From an uncultured Actinomycetes bacterium (GTDB lineage Bacteria > Actinomycetota > UBA4738 > HRBIN12), in assembly GCA_963704725.1 (NCBI GenBank), contig OY969934.1, positions 896,001 to 960,000 on the forward strand: a stretch of 64,000 bases of DNA, given 5' to 3'. Under the pieces are notes generated by a model. That model saw nothing but the letters and a program-made list of their open reading frames with translations. It had not been told where the DNA came from and searched no databases. Of this stretch, positions 19,060-29,832 are shown in pieces; positions within the stretch are counted from its first letter, which is position 1, and every line of letters starts with the position of its first letter. A program made the position numbers and the translations under genes.

Positions 19060-19933
19060 GCTCGGGTTCGTCGGGCTCGGAGTGATGGGGGGGCGGATCG
19101 CCAAACGCCTCCTCGACGCCGGACACCGCGTCACCGGCTTCAACCGCACGGCCTCCCGGGCCGCCTGGCTCGTCGACGCGGGGATGACGCCGGCCCGTTC
19201 GCCGCGGGAGGCGGCCGAGGCGGCCGACATCACGTTCTCGATGGTGACGAACACGACCGCGCTCAGGGCCGTCGTCGGCGGGCCGGACGGCGTCGTTGCG
19301 GGGCTCGGCCCCGGGAAGCTCTACGTCGACATGAGCACCGTGAGCCCGGCCGAGAGCCGGGAGATCGCGGGGCACGTCGCGGAGACCGGCGCCCGGATGC
19401 TCGACGCGCCGGTCTCCGGGAGCGTCGTCACGCTGGAGGAGGGCCGGCTGTCGATCATGGTCGGCGGCGAGGCCGAGGACGTCGAGCGCGCGATGCCGGT
19501 GCTCCACGACATCGGTCCCAAGGTGACGCACGTCGGCGGCAACGGCCAGGCGGCGCTCATGAAGATCGCCTCGAACCTGAACCTGGCCGTGCAGATGGTC
19601 GCGTTCAGCGAGGCGGTCCTGCTGGCCGAGAAGGGGGGCATCGCCAGGGAGACCGCGGTCGAGGTCCTCGTGAACAGCGTGATCGCCTCGCCGATGGTCA
19701 AGTACCGCGGCCCCTTCGTCCTGCGGGAGCCGGACGAAGCGTGGTTCGACGTGAACATGATGCAGAAGGACCTGCTCCTCGCGCAGGAGGCGGGGCGCCG
19801 GCAAGACGTCGTGCTGCCGACCACCGCTGTGGCGAACGAGCTGCTCACGGCGGCGCGCGCGATGGGACTCGAGAAGCACGACTTCGCGATCGTGTTCGAC
19901 GTGCTCGCGCACCTGTCGGGGACGAAGCGGTGA
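19052..19933 (+). CDS. beta-hydroxyacid dehydrogenase (3-hydroxyisobutyrate/tartronate semialdehyde reductase family)
   Basis: 'GFVGLGVMGG', 'DMSTVSP', 'LDAPVSGS', 'MKIASN', 'QKDL'. Confidence 0.92.
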   Translation: MAELGFVGLGVMGGRIAKRLLDAGHRVTGFNRTASRAAWLVDAGMTPARSPREAAEAADITFSMVTNTTALRAVVGGPDGVVAGLGPGKLYVDMSTVSPAESREIAGHVAETGARMLDAPVSGSVVTLEEGRLSIMVGGEAEDVERAMPVLHDIGPKVTHVGGNGQAALMKIASNLNLAVQMVAFSEAVLLAEKGGIARETAVEVLVNSVIASPMVKYRGPFVLREPDEAWFDVNMMQKDLLLAQEAGRRQDVVLPTTAVANELLTAARAMGLEKHDFAIVFDVLAHLSGTKR

Positions 19934-20925
19934 GCGACGTCCGGGAGCGCGAGGGGATCGGCTCCCTCTCGCGGGACGACGCGGTCCGGCTCTACGAGCA
20001 GATGGCTCGGATCCGCCACTTCGAGCTCCGCGTGAACCAGCTCTACCTGTCCGCGAAGATGCCCGGCCTGGCGCACCTGTATGCGGGGCAGGAGGCCGTG
20101 GCCGTGGGGGTGTGCAGCGTGCTCGGACCGCAGGACGTCATCACCAGCACCCACCGGGGCCACGGGCACTGCCTGGCCAAGGGCGCCGCCGTGGACCGCA
20201 TGTTCGCCGAGCTCCTCGGCAAGGCCGACGGCTACTGCGGGGGCAAGGGCGGCTCGATGCACATCGCGGATCCCGAGACCGGCAACCTGGGCGCCAACGC
20301 CATCGTGGCCGGCAGCACCGGCATCGCCACCGGCGCGGCGCTGTCGGCCCTTCGCCGGGGGACCGGGGGCGTCGCCGTCTGCTTCTTCGGGGAGGGCGCC
20401 CTCGGCCAGGGCGTGCTCTACGAGGTGATGAACATGGCCTCGCTGTGGAAGCTGCCGGTCCTCTACGTCTGCGAGAACAACCTCTACAACGAGTACACGC
20501 ACTATCGCGAGACCACGGCCGGCGAGGTCCTGGCACGCGCCCGGGCGTTCGGGATCCCGGCCGAGTCCGTCGATGGCCAGGACGTGCTCGCCGTGCGCGC
20601 GGCCGCATCGGTGGCCGTGGAGCGGGCTCGCGCCGGCGACGGTCCCTCCTTCCTGGAGTGCCGGACGTATCGCACCTTCGGCCATCACGTCGGCGACGTG
20701 GACCGCGCCTACTACCGCTCCAAGCAGGAGGAGGAGACCTGGCGCACCGAGCGCGACCCCATCGCCCTGCTCGGCGAGCGCCTTCGCGAGGGGGGCGCCG
20801 CCGACGAGGCCTCGCTCCGCGAGCTCGACGAGCGGGTCGCGGCCGAGGTCGCCGCCGGCGAGCGGTTCGCGCTCGATGCTCCGTACCCCGATCCCTCAGA
20901 GGTGGACCGCGATGTCCACGCCTAG
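19930..20925 (+). CDS. TPP-dependent dehydrogenase E1 alpha subunit (AcoA/PdhA-like)
   Basis: 'HLYAGQEA', 'STHRGHGH', 'GKGGSMH', TPP motif 'GEGA...ENN'. Confidence 0.92.
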   Translation: MSDVREREGIGSLSRDDAVRLYEQMARIRHFELRVNQLYLSAKMPGLAHLYAGQEAVAVGVCSVLGPQDVITSTHRGHGHCLAKGAAVDRMFAELLGKADGYCGGKGGSMHIADPETGNLGANAIVAGSTGIATGAALSALRRGTGGVAVCFFGEGALGQGVLYEVMNMASLWKLPVLYVCENNLYNEYTHYRETTAGEVLARARAFGIPAESVDGQDVLAVRAAASVAVERARAGDGPSFLECRTYRTFGHHVGDVDRAYYRSKQEEETWRTERDPIALLGERLREGGAADEASLRELDERVAAEVAAGERFALDAPYPDPSEVDRDVHA

Positions 20926-21943
20926 CCGCGTGCAGGACGTCGCCGCGACGGGCGCGCGCGAGCTCACGTTCGCCGAGGCGGTCCGCGAGGCCCTGCAGCA
21001 GGAGCTCCGCCGGGACGAGCGCGTGTTCGTGATGGGCGAGGACGTCGCCGAGGCCGGGACGCCGTTCAAGGTGCTCTCTGGCCTCGTCGAGGAGTTCGGC
21101 ACCGGCCGGGTGATCGACTCGCCGATCTCCGAAGCCGGGATCACCGGGATCGGGGTGGGGGCGGCCATGACGGGGATGCGCCCGGTGATCGACATCATGT
21201 TCGGCGACTTCCTGACGCTGGCGATGGACCAGCTCGTGAACCAGGCCGCCAAGGTCCACTACATGTCCGGCGGCAAGCTGCGGGTGCCGATGGTGGTGCG
21301 CACCACGCTGGGAGCCACCCGGCGCTCGGCCGCCCAGCACAGCCAGAGCCTGCACGCCTGGGTGAGCCACGTCCCCGGGCTCAAGGTGGCCCTTCCCGCC
21401 ACCCCGGCCGACGCCAAGGGGCTGCTCGTCTCGGCGATCCGCGACGAGGGGCCGGTGGTGATCTTCGAGGACAAGATGGACTACCAGGTCCGCGGCCCGG
21501 TTCCCGAGGGCGACGGCGCCATCCCCCTCGGCGTGGCCGAGGTCAAACGAGCCGGAACCGACGTCACGGTCGTGGCGACCTCCAGCATGGTCCGCGTGGC
21601 CCTCGCCGCCGCCGAGCTGCTCGAGCCCGAGGGGATCTCGCTCGAGGTGATCGACCCCCGGACGACCTCCCCGCTCGACGCCGAGACCCTGGTCGCCTCG
21701 GCGCGGAAGACCGGCCGGGCCATCGTGGTCGACGAGGGGTACCGCCGGTACGGGGTGACGTCGGAGCTCGCGTCGGTGATCGCCGAGGGCGCGTTCTACG
21801 ACCTGGACGCGCCGGTCCGCCGCCTGGGGGCCATGGACGTGCCGATCCCGTTCTCCCCGGTGCTGGAGGACCTCACCGTGCCCACGCCAGAGCTCGTCGC
21901 CGCCGCCGCCCGGGAGCTCTGCGGCGCCGGAGGGGGTGCCTGA
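20912..21943 (+). CDS. TPP-dependent dehydrogenase E1 beta subunit
   Basis: 'MGEDV', 'DSPISEAG', 'NQAAK', 'AAQHSQS'. Confidence 0.93.
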   Translation: MSTPSRVQDVAATGARELTFAEAVREALQQELRRDERVFVMGEDVAEAGTPFKVLSGLVEEFGTGRVIDSPISEAGITGIGVGAAMTGMRPVIDIMFGDFLTLAMDQLVNQAAKVHYMSGGKLRVPMVVRTTLGATRRSAAQHSQSLHAWVSHVPGLKVALPATPADAKGLLVSAIRDEGPVVIFEDKMDYQVRGPVPEGDGAIPLGVAEVKRAGTDVTVVATSSMVRVALAAAELLEPEGISLEVIDPRTTSPLDAETLVASARKTGRAIVVDEGYRRYGVTSELASVIAEGAFYDLDAPVRRLGAMDVPIPFSPVLEDLTVPTPELVAAAARELCGAGGGA

Positions 21944-21945
21944 TC

Positions 21946-23103
21946 GTGGCCACCGAGGTGATCATGCCGGCGCTCGGCGTGTCGCAGGAGACGGGCCGTG
22001 TCCTTCGGTGGCTGAAGGCGGCCGGGGACGAGGTCGCCGCCGGCGAGCCGGTGGTGGAGATCGAGACCGACAAGGTCACGGTGGAGATGGAGTCTCCCGC
22101 GGCCGGGGTGCTCGCCGAGATCCAGGCGACGGAGGGCCAGGACGTGCCCGTCGGCCAGGTGATCGGGCTGATCCTTCAGCCGGGGGAGAGCCCACCCGAG
22201 CGGTCCGTCGCCGCGCCCGCGGGCGACGGGCCCGGCGGCGCGCGGCGGTCGATCGCCCCCGCCGCGTCGGCGAGTGGAGCCGGCGCGCGCGCGGCGGGGA
22301 CCGGCCGCGCGGCGGCATCGCCGCTCGCCCGGCGGCGGGCAAAGGAGGCGGGGATCGACCTCGGCGACGTGCTCGGCTCGGGCCCGGGCGGGGCGGTGAC
22401 GGCGGCAGACCTGGATGCCGCGATCGCGGCCATCGCGCCGAGCGGGGAGACGGCCGAGGCGAGCCCGACGTGGCGGCGCATGGCCGAGCACGTCAGCGCC
22501 TCGTGGGTCGCGCCGCACTTCTCCCTCTCGCGGGACGTGGACGCCGGGGCCCTCCTGTCCCGGCGGGCGGAGCTCGGCGAGGAGGTCACGCTCACGGATC
22601 TCCTGGTGTGGGTCTCGGCAGGCGCGCTCGAGCGGCACCCCGAGGTGAACGCTCGGTGGGAGGACGGCGCGGTGCGCCGGGTGGCCGAGGTGAACGTGGG
22701 GATCGCGGTGGCGCTCGACGACGGGCTGATCGTCCCCGTCGTCCGCGACGCGAACCGCCTGGACGTCCACGGGCTCGCCGAGCGGCGGCGGGACCTGGTC
22801 CATCGCGCGCGCGCCGGGTCCCTGCGGCCCGAGGACGTGCAGGAGGGGACGTTCACGATCAGCAATCTCGGGATGTACGGCGTCGACTCGTTCACGGCGA
22901 TCGTGAACGGGCCGCAGGCCGCGATCCTGGCCGTGGGCCGGGTCGCGGACCGAGTGGTGGCGGTGCAGGGGCATCCGGTCGTCCGCCCCCGGATGCAGCT
23001 CACGCTGTCGTGCGACCACCGCGTGGTCGACGGCGCGCGAGCGGCCCGGTTCCTCGACACGTTGTCGATGGCGGTGGAGGAGCCGTCACGGCTCGAGCCG
23101 TGA
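21946..23103 (+). CDS. dihydrolipoamide acyltransferase E2
   Basis: Lipoyl site 'IETDKVT', binding domain 'ASPLARRRA', catalytic 'DHRVVDGA'. Confidence 0.93.
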   Translation: MATEVIMPALGVSQETGRVLRWLKAAGDEVAAGEPVVEIETDKVTVEMESPAAGVLAEIQATEGQDVPVGQVIGLILQPGESPPERSVAAPAGDGPGGARRSIAPAASASGAGARAAGTGRAAASPLARRRAKEAGIDLGDVLGSGPGGAVTAADLDAAIAAIAPSGETAEASPTWRRMAEHVSASWVAPHFSLSRDVDAGALLSRRAELGEEVTLTDLLVWVSAGALERHPEVNARWEDGAVRRVAEVNVGIAVALDDGLIVPVVRDANRLDVHGLAERRRDLVHRARAGSLRPEDVQEGTFTISNLGMYGVDSFTAIVNGPQAAILAVGRVADRVVAVQGHPVVRPRMQLTLSCDHRVVDGARAARFLDTLSMAVEEPSRLEP

Positions 23104-23155
23104 CGGGAAAGGAGGTCGGGGGTATGACGGGGGCAGCTCGGAAGGGAGGTCGCTG

Positions 23156-24424
23156 ATGCGCGCGTGGCCCAGGCTGGTTGCCGCGTTCGCGGTGCTGATG
23201 CTCCTCGCGGCGGCGTGCAGCAGCGACGACGACGGCGGCGGGGCCACGGGGGCGACGGAGGCGACCGGAGGCACCACCGCGACCGGTTCGTCCGGGCCCT
23301 CGGGCGAGCCGATCAAGATCGGCATCTCGCTGCCGCTGACGGGGGACTTCTCGCAGCCCGGCGGTGAGGCGGAGCGTGGCTACCGGGTGTGGGCGGACCT
23401 GACGAACGCGGCCGGCGGCATCCTGGGGCGCCCGGTCGAGCTGGACATCGTGGACGACGCGAGCAGCCAGGACACCGTGGTCACCGACTACAACCGGCTG
23501 ATCACCCAGGACAACGTGGACCTGCTGCTCGGGACGTTCTCCTCGCTGTTGAACATCCCGGCGTCGGCCGTCGCCGAGCGCAACCAGATGGTCTACGTCG
23601 AGCCGGCCGGCGGCTCTCCGGACCTGTTCGACGACGGGTACGAGTTCCTGTTCTTCGCCCAGCAGGCGACGGCGCCGCATCAGGCGGACAAGTTCGTGGA
23701 GTGGGTCCTCTCGCTCCCCGAGGACCAGCGGCCGACGACGGCCGCCTATCCGTCGCAGGACGACCCGTTCGCGCTGCCGGTGATCGAGAGCATCCGTGAC
23801 CAGCTCACCGATGCCGGGATCGAGAACGTGTACGAGAACGTGTACCCGCCGGACACGACGAACTTCGACACGATCGCCAACGACATCCAGTCGAGCGGCG
23901 CGGAGCTCGTCGCGCAGGGCGCCGTCTTCGAGGACGGCGTCGGGCTCGTCCGGTCCTTCCAGCGGATCGACTACAACCCGCAGGTCCTGTTCCAGACCTC
24001 GGCGCCATCCAACAGCGATCAGTACGCCGAGGGGATCGGGGCCGACAACACGGAGGGGATCTTCTACGCGGTGAGCTGGCACCAGGACACGGACACGCCG
24101 CAGAACGCCGACTTCGTGGCGGGCTACGACGCGGCCTACGGCGGGATCCCCGCCGAGGACGCCGCCGACGCCTTCGCATCGGCGCAGGTGCTCCAAGCGG
24201 CGGTCGAGGCGGTCGGAAGCCTCGACCAGGTGGCGATCAAGGACTGGCTGCACGCGAACACCGTGGACACGGTGCTCGGACCGCTGTCTTGGGACGAGAC
24301 GGGCGCCCCGCAGGGGGAGTTCCTGCTCGCGCAGTGGCAGGGGGGCCAGGCCGAGATCGTCCTGCCGGCGGAGGTCGCGACGACCGACACGATCGTGAAC
24401 CCCAAACCGGAGTGGGCGTCCTGA
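23156..24424 (+). CDS. LIV-type (branched-chain amino acid family) ABC substrate-binding lipoprotein
   Basis: Lipobox 'LAAAC'; 'PIKIGISLPLTG', 'NAAGGILGRPVEL'. Confidence 0.92.
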   Translation: MRAWPRLVAAFAVLMLLAAACSSDDDGGGATGATEATGGTTATGSSGPSGEPIKIGISLPLTGDFSQPGGEAERGYRVWADLTNAAGGILGRPVELDIVDDASSQDTVVTDYNRLITQDNVDLLLGTFSSLLNIPASAVAERNQMVYVEPAGGSPDLFDDGYEFLFFAQQATAPHQADKFVEWVLSLPEDQRPTTAAYPSQDDPFALPVIESIRDQLTDAGIENVYENVYPPDTTNFDTIANDIQSSGAELVAQGAVFEDGVGLVRSFQRIDYNPQVLFQTSAPSNSDQYAEGIGADNTEGIFYAVSWHQDTDTPQNADFVAGYDAAYGGIPAEDAADAFASAQVLQAAVEAVGSLDQVAIKDWLHANTVDTVLGPLSWDETGAPQGEFLLAQWQGGQAEIVLPAEVATTDTIVNPKPEWAS

Positions 24425-24455
24425 GTCGACGACCGGGAACGGAGGAGGTGGGTCG

Positions 24456-25337
24456 ATGACCCACCTCCTCCAGACCGTGCTGCTGGGGCTGCTGATCGGC
24501 GGCGTCTACGCGCTGCTCGCGTCCGGGCTCACGCTCATCTTCGGCGTGATGCGGATCATCAACGTGGCCCACGGCGCGTTCCTCGTGCTCTCGGCGCTGT
24601 TCACGTACGAGCTGTGGCGGCACCTGGGACTGGATCCGCTCGTCGCGGTGGTGATCACCACCCCGGCGATGTTCGCGATCGGCTGGCTCGTCTACCGCGG
24701 GCTCATCGCCCGCATCCGCACGGCGCCGGTCTCGATGTCCGTCCTGCTCACCTTCGCGCTCGCCATCACGCTCGAGGGCATCATGGGCATGACCTGGAAG
24801 AACCGCTTCCGCTCGGTCACGCCCGGTTACTTCAACGATTCGTTCCACGTCGGTTCGTTCTTCATCCCGAAGCCGCATCTATTCGGCTTCGGGATGGCGG
24901 CCGTGGTGCTCCTCGCGCTCTACCTGCTCCTGACGCGGACGTGGGCGGGGCGCGCCATCCGCAGCGCGTCGGAGAACCCGGAAGGAGCCCAGCTCGTCGG
25001 CGTCGACATCCGGGCGGTCGCGGCGCTGACGTTCGCGGTCGGCATCGCGACGACGGGCGCGGGGGGGTCGATCCTGTCCGTGCTCTACGCGTTCTTCCCG
25101 GCCTCGCACTACCAGTGGATCTCGCGGCTGCTCGGGATCGTGGTGCTCGGCGGGATGGGGAGCATCCCGGGGGCGGTGATCGCGGCGCTCGTGCTGGGCG
25201 TCACCGAGACGCTCACCGTCGACTACGTCTCCCCGCGGTGGGGCGTGGCCGTCTTCTATGTGGTCATCCTGCTCGTGCTGCTCGTGCGGCCCCGCGGCCT
25301 GCTGGGCGCGCGGCTCCGGGAGGACGTGGCCGCGTGA
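24456..25337 (+). CDS. LivH-type ABC permease
   Basis: '[26 protein letters not shown]', 'GRAIRS', 'VVLGGMGS'. Confidence 0.93.
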   Translation: MTHLLQTVLLGLLIGGVYALLASGLTLIFGVMRIINVAHGAFLVLSALFTYELWRHLGLDPLVAVVITTPAMFAIGWLVYRGLIARIRTAPVSMSVLLTFALAITLEGIMGMTWKNRFRSVTPGYFNDSFHVGSFFIPKPHLFGFGMAAVVLLALYLLLTRTWAGRAIRSASENPEGAQLVGVDIRAVAALTFAVGIATTGAGGSILSVLYAFFPASHYQWISRLLGIVVLGGMGSIPGAVIAALVLGVTETLTVDYVSPRWGVAVFYVVILLVLLVRPRGLLGARLREDVAA

Positions 25338-27148
25338 GACGGGCGACGGCGCTCCGGCGCGGGCTGATCGGGCTCGTCGCCCTCGGGCTCGTCGTGTTCC
25401 CGATCCTGCAACCCGAGGACCTGTACCGACAGACGGTGCTGATCTTCATCTTCGTGCTCGGGACGATGGCGGTGGGGTGGAACGTGATCGCCGGGTTCAC
25501 GGGCTACGTCTCGCTCGGGCAGAGCGCGTTCCTCGGGCTGGGCGCGTACACCACCGGGATCCTGTCGCAGCACGTCGACATCTCTCCGTTCTATCTCGTG
25601 CCTCTGGGCGGCATCGTGGCCGCGGTCGTCGCGGCGCTGCTCGGCCTGACGATCATGCGGTCGCGCGAGCACGCCTTCGTGATCAGCACGATCGCGTTCC
25701 TGTTCCTGATGCAGGCCGTCGCGTTGAACTGGCGCGGGTTCACCGGCGGCTCGAACGGGATCCGTCTCCCGTTGCCCGGCTACGATTTCGCGCTCGGGCA
25801 CCTCCCGTTCTACCTCGCCAGCCTGGGCCTGCTCGCGCTCTCGGTGCTGATGGCGTGGTGGATCCGCCGGACGAAGCTCGGGGCCGGGCTCCTGGCGATC
25901 CGCGAGGACGAGGACAAGGCGGCGGCGATCGGCGTGCGCACGACCGTCTACAAGATCCTCGCCTTCGTGGCCAGCGCCGTGCTGACCGGCATGGCCGGTG
26001 GGGTGTACGCCTACTTCCTCACGTTCATCGACCCCCGGGGGATGTTCGACATCCTGGCGAGCGTGCAGATCGTGCTGGCGTGTCTCCTCGGGGGGCGCGG
26101 CACGATCTGGGGCCCGGTCATCGGCGCGTTCGTCATCATCCCGCTGAACGAGGTCACGGTGGACGTGGCTTCGGGCGAGGGGGTGCGCCTGTTCGTGTTC
26201 GGTCTGGCGCTGCTCCTGGTCGTGCTGTTCCTGCCGCGCGGCGTGATCCCGACGATCCGCACGGCGATCGAGCGGCGCCGGGGCGGGGCGGTGCCCTTCG
26301 AGCGGAGATCGCCGGTCCCCGCGGCCGCGCCCACCATCGCCGCGGCTCCGCCCACCATCGCCGCGGCTCCGCCGCAGCCGGTCCGGCCGCTGCTCGAGAT
26401 CGAGGGCCTTGCCCGGCGCTTCGGCGGCGTCACCGCCGTCGACGGGTGCTCGTTCGGCGTCCGCGAGGGCAGCCTCACGGCGCTCATCGGGCCGAACGGA
26501 TCGGGCAAGACGACGGTCTTCAACCTCGTCACGGGGATGATGCGCGCCGACGGCGGCGCGATCCGGCTCGACGGCCGGCGCATCGACGGCATGCTGCCGT
26601 GGGACCGCGCCTACCTCGGGCTGGGGCGCACGTTCCAGATCACGAGGCTCTTCCCGCAGATGACCGTGCTCGAGAACGTCGTCGCCCCGCTCCGGGGGTT
26701 CCGGTGGCGCGACCTGGCGGCGGACGCCGTCGGGGGGCCGGAGGCCCGCCGTGCCGAGGAGCTCCTCGGCTTCGTGGGGATGGCCGACTTCTCGCACCAG
26801 CCGGCGTGGCGGCTCTCGTTCGGCCAGCAGAAGCTCGTCGAGCTGGCGCAGACGCTCATGCTCGAGCCCCGGCTCATCCTTCTCGACGAGCCGGCGGGCG
26901 GCGTGAACCCCGGGATGATCGACCGGATGTGCGACCTGATCCGCGAGCTGAACCGGGGCGGGGTCACGTTCCTGATCGTCGAGCACAACATGCCGGTGGT
27001 GCTGGATCTGTGCGATCCGATCCTCGTCATGGCGCGGGGCGCCGTGATCGCCGAGGGCGCGCCGCGCGAGATCCAGAGCGACCGCGGCGTCCTCGAGGCG
27101 TACCTCGGCGAGGCGTGGGGCGGCGCGCCACAGCCGACGGGGGTGTGA
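25334..27148 (+). CDS. fused LivM permease - LivG ATPase
   Basis: '[15 protein letters not shown]' permease, then 'GPNGSGKT', 'LSFGQQK', 'LLDEP'; GTGA overlap with the upstream gene. Confidence 0.92.
   Translation: MRRATALRRGLIGLVALGLVVFPILQPEDLYRQTVLIFIFVLGTMAVGWNVIAGFTGYVSLGQSAFLGLGAYTTGILSQHVDISPFYLVPLGGIVAAVVAALLGLTIMRSREHAFVISTIAFLFLMQAVALNWRGFTGGSNGIRLPLPGYDFALGHLPFYLASLGLLALSVLMAWWIRRTKLGAGLLAIREDEDKAAAIGVRTTVYKILAFVASAVLTGMAGGVYAYFLTFIDPRGMFDILASVQIVLACLLGGRGTIWGPVIGAFVIIPLNEVTVDVASGEGVRLFVFGLALLLVVLFLPRGVIPTIRTAIERRRGGAVPFERRSPVPAAAPTIAAAPPTIAAAPPQPVRPLLEIEGLARRFGGVTAVDGCSFGVREGSLTALIGPNGSGKTTVFNLVTGMMRADGGAIRLDGRRIDGMLPWDRAYLGLGRTFQITRLFPQMTVLENVVAPLRGFRWRDLAADAVGGPEARRAEELLGFVGMADFSHQPAWRLSFGQQKLVELAQTLMLEPRLILLDEPAGGVNPGMIDRMCDLIRELNRGGVTFLIVEHNMPVVLDLCDPILVMARGAVIAEGAPREIQSDRGVLEAYLGEAWGGAPQPTGV
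26330..26371 (+). repeat. 21-bp tandem repeat x2 in the LivM-LivG linker
   Basis: CCCACCATCGCCGCGGCTCCG repeated twice (PTIAAAP). Confidence 0.8.
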
Positions 27149-27915
27149 TGGCGGCGTTCCTCGAGCTCCGCGACGTCGACGCCGGGTACGCCGGCGCGCT
27201 CGTCCTTCGCGGCGTCGGTCTCGACGTGCAGCGCGGCCGCATCACCTGCGTGATCGGGCCGAACGGAGCGGGCAAATCGACCCTGCTGAAGGCGATCAGC
27301 GGGGTCGTGAGGGCGACGCGCGGGCGCATCGCGCTCGACGGCTCGCCGATCGAACGGCTGTCGGCGGGCGAGGTCCTCTCGCGCGGGGTCGTCCAGGTTC
27401 CGCAGCAGCGGGCGCTGTTCCCCAACCTCACGATCCGCGAGAACGTGTTGATGGGCGCGTACATCCTGCGCCGTGACGCGTCGCTGGTGCGCGAGCGATA
27501 CCGGCGCGTCGAGGAGACGATCCCCCTCGTCGCCGAGCGCGCCGACGAGCGGGCCGGGAACCTGTCCGGCGGGCAGCGACGCGCCGTGGAGTTCGCCCGG
27601 AGCCTCATGCTCGACCCGACCCTCGTACTGCTCGACGAGCCCTCGCTCGGCCTCGACCCGAAGGCCCTGGCTCAGGTGTGGGAGCTGATCACCGGGATGC
27701 GCGACGCCGGCCGGACGATCCTGCTCGTCGAGCAGAACGTGCGCCTCGGGTTGGGGGTGGCCGACGACGGCGTGGTGATGGAGGGCGGCTGCGTCCGCCT
27801 CACCGGAACGGCCGCGGACGTGCTCGCCAACCCGGAGATCGCCGACCTCTACCTGGGCGGCACGACCCGGCACCCGGTGGACGCGCCGCCGGCCGCGGAG
27901 CCCACGCGCGGATGA
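27148..27915 (+). CDS. LivF-type ABC ATP-binding protein
   Basis: 'GPNGAGKST', 'LSGGQRR', 'LLDEPSLGL', 'VEQN'. Confidence 0.93.
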   Translation: MAAFLELRDVDAGYAGALVLRGVGLDVQRGRITCVIGPNGAGKSTLLKAISGVVRATRGRIALDGSPIERLSAGEVLSRGVVQVPQQRALFPNLTIRENVLMGAYILRRDASLVRERYRRVEETIPLVAERADERAGNLSGGQRRAVEFARSLMLDPTLVLLDEPSLGLDPKALAQVWELITGMRDAGRTILLVEQNVRLGLGVADDGVVMEGGCVRLTGTAADVLANPEIADLYLGGTTRHPVDAPPAAEPTRG

Positions 27916-28832
27916 GCGGCGTGCTCTGGGCGGCGATCGCCGGCGTGCTGTTCGGCGTGTTCCAGAGCGTGAACCGGGCGGCGCTCGTCGAGCTCGACGT
28001 GTTCGCGTCGACGTTCCTCCAGCTGCTCGTCGCCTCCGCGTTCATGGTCGTCGCGCTGCTGATCCAGGGCGTGGACGTGGTCGCCTCCGCGCCCGGGAGC
28101 GCGTGGGTGAACTTCACGATCGCCGGCCTCGTCCACTTCCTGATCGGCTGGACGCTGATCAACCTCAGCCAGAAGCGGCTGGGGGCGGCGCGGACGAGCC
28201 CGCTGCTCGCGACGTCGCCGCTCTTCGGCACGCTGATCGCCGCCGCGACGCTGGACGAGACGCCGTCCGCCGTCGAGCTGGCCGGCATCGCGCTGATCGT
28301 CGCCGGCGTCTACGTCGCTCAGCTCGAGCGGGCGCGGAGGGTGCCGGTGCCGGCGGGCGCGGCGGCACCCTCGACGGAGCACCGACACGAGGCCACGTTC
28401 CGCGCCTCGCTGTTCGGGCTCGGGGCGGCCCTCGCGGTTTCGGTGAGCCCGATCTTCATCCGCCGGGGGCTGGAGGACGTCGACAACCCGGTGCTCGGCG
28501 TCACGATCGGCGTGGTCGTCGCCACGATCGCCTACGGGCTCGTGTTGCTCGCGCGCCGGCCGAGGGCCCGGCTCCTGTCGGCGTCGCGGCGGGCGCTCTC
28601 GTGGAAGGCGGTCGCCGGGGTGCTCGTCGCGTTCGGGACGTGGACGCGCTGGTACGCCCTCGGCCGGACCTCGGTCGCGGCCGTGCTCGCGCTCGCGCTC
28701 CTGTCGGTGCCGACCGTGATCGTTCTGGCGCCGATGGCCGCCGGTCGGCACCTCGAGCCGATCACCGCACCGATCGTGGCCGGGTCGGCGTTCGTCGTCG
28801 CCGGGGCGCTCGTGCTGATCGCGACGGGGTGA
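27912..28832 (+). CDS. EamA/DMT-family transporter
   Basis: About 10 TM helices in two repeats; '[16 protein letters not shown]'. Confidence 0.85.
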   Translation: MSGVLWAAIAGVLFGVFQSVNRAALVELDVFASTFLQLLVASAFMVVALLIQGVDVVASAPGSAWVNFTIAGLVHFLIGWTLINLSQKRLGAARTSPLLATSPLFGTLIAAATLDETPSAVELAGIALIVAGVYVAQLERARRVPVPAGAAAPSTEHRHEATFRASLFGLGAALAVSVSPIFIRRGLEDVDNPVLGVTIGVVVATIAYGLVLLARRPRARLLSASRRALSWKAVAGVLVAFGTWTRWYALGRTSVAAVLALALLSVPTVIVLAPMAAGRHLEPITAPIVAGSAFVVAGALVLIATG

Positions 28833-28839
28833 GGGCGAC

Positions 28840-29832
28840 GTGATCGTCGACATCCACGCGCACGTCATCGTCCCGGAGATCACCCGGGAGTCCGGGGGCG
28901 ACGAGCCGTGGCGCCCCTCGGTCCGCTGGGAGGACGGCGCCCAGGTGGTCGAGCTCGGCGGGCGGGCCATCCGCTCGGCCGTGCGCGAGTTCGTCCGCAT
29001 CGACCGAGTGCTGGAGCAGGAGGCGGGTTCGGGCGTCGAGCACGTTGTGCTGTCCCCGTGGGTCAACCTCCTCCCCTACGGGCTCGACCCCGCCGAGGCG
29101 CTCGAGGTCTGCCGGCTGCAGAACGACGCGCTCTCCGCAGCCGCCGCCGCGCATCCGGGGCGGGTGAGCGCGCTCGCGGCCGTTCCGCTGCAGGAGCCGG
29201 AGCTCGCGGCCGGCGAGCTCGAGAAGGCCATGGGCACGCCGGGGGTGGTCGGCGCGGAGGTCGCGGCGAGCGTTCGCGGCGCGTACCTGGGGGACGACCG
29301 GTTCCTCCCGTTCTGGGAGGCCGCAGAGGCGACCGGCGCGCTCGTGCTCGTGCATCCCACGACGAAGGGGTTCGACCTGCCGGTGTTCGGCGAGTCCTAT
29401 CTCTGGAACACGGTGGCCAACCCGCTCGAGACGGCGGTGACGGGCGCCCACCTCGTGATGGCCGGCGTGCTCGAACGGCACCCCCGGCTCCGGATCGTGC
29501 TCGCGCACGGAGGGGGGGCGCTGCTCGCCGTCCGGGGACGGCTCCGGCACGCCCACAGGTTCCAGCCGCAGGCCCGGTCGAGGCTCCGCGAGTCCCCCGA
29601 CGACTCGTTGCGGCGCCTGCACTACGACACCGTGACGCACGATGCCGACCTGCTGCGCGCGCTCGTCGGGTACGCCGGCGCCGGCCACGTGCTGCTCGGG
29701 TCGGATCACCCCTTCGACATGGGGACGTCCCGCCCCGTGGACGAGGTCCGCGCGCTCGGCCTTCCGGCGGAGGACGAGGCCGCGGTGCTGGGCGGCAACG
29801 CCGAGCGGCTCTTCGGGGTGGGGGGGACGTGA
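28840..29832 (+). CDS. ACMSD/LigW-like amidohydrolase-fold decarboxylase/hydratase
   Basis: 'DIHAH', 'AAVPLQ', 'LVHP', 'AHGGG', 'LGSDHPFDMG'. Confidence 0.9.
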   Translation: MIVDIHAHVIVPEITRESGGDEPWRPSVRWEDGAQVVELGGRAIRSAVREFVRIDRVLEQEAGSGVEHVVLSPWVNLLPYGLDPAEALEVCRLQNDALSAAAAAHPGRVSALAAVPLQEPELAAGELEKAMGTPGVVGAEVAASVRGAYLGDDRFLPFWEAAEATGALVLVHPTTKGFDLPVFGESYLWNTVANPLETAVTGAHLVMAGVLERHPRLRIVLAHGGGALLAVRGRLRHAHRFQPQARSRLRESPDDSLRRLHYDTVTHDADLLRALVGYAGAGHVLLGSDHPFDMGTSRPVDEVRALGLPAEDEAAVLGGNAERLFGVGGT

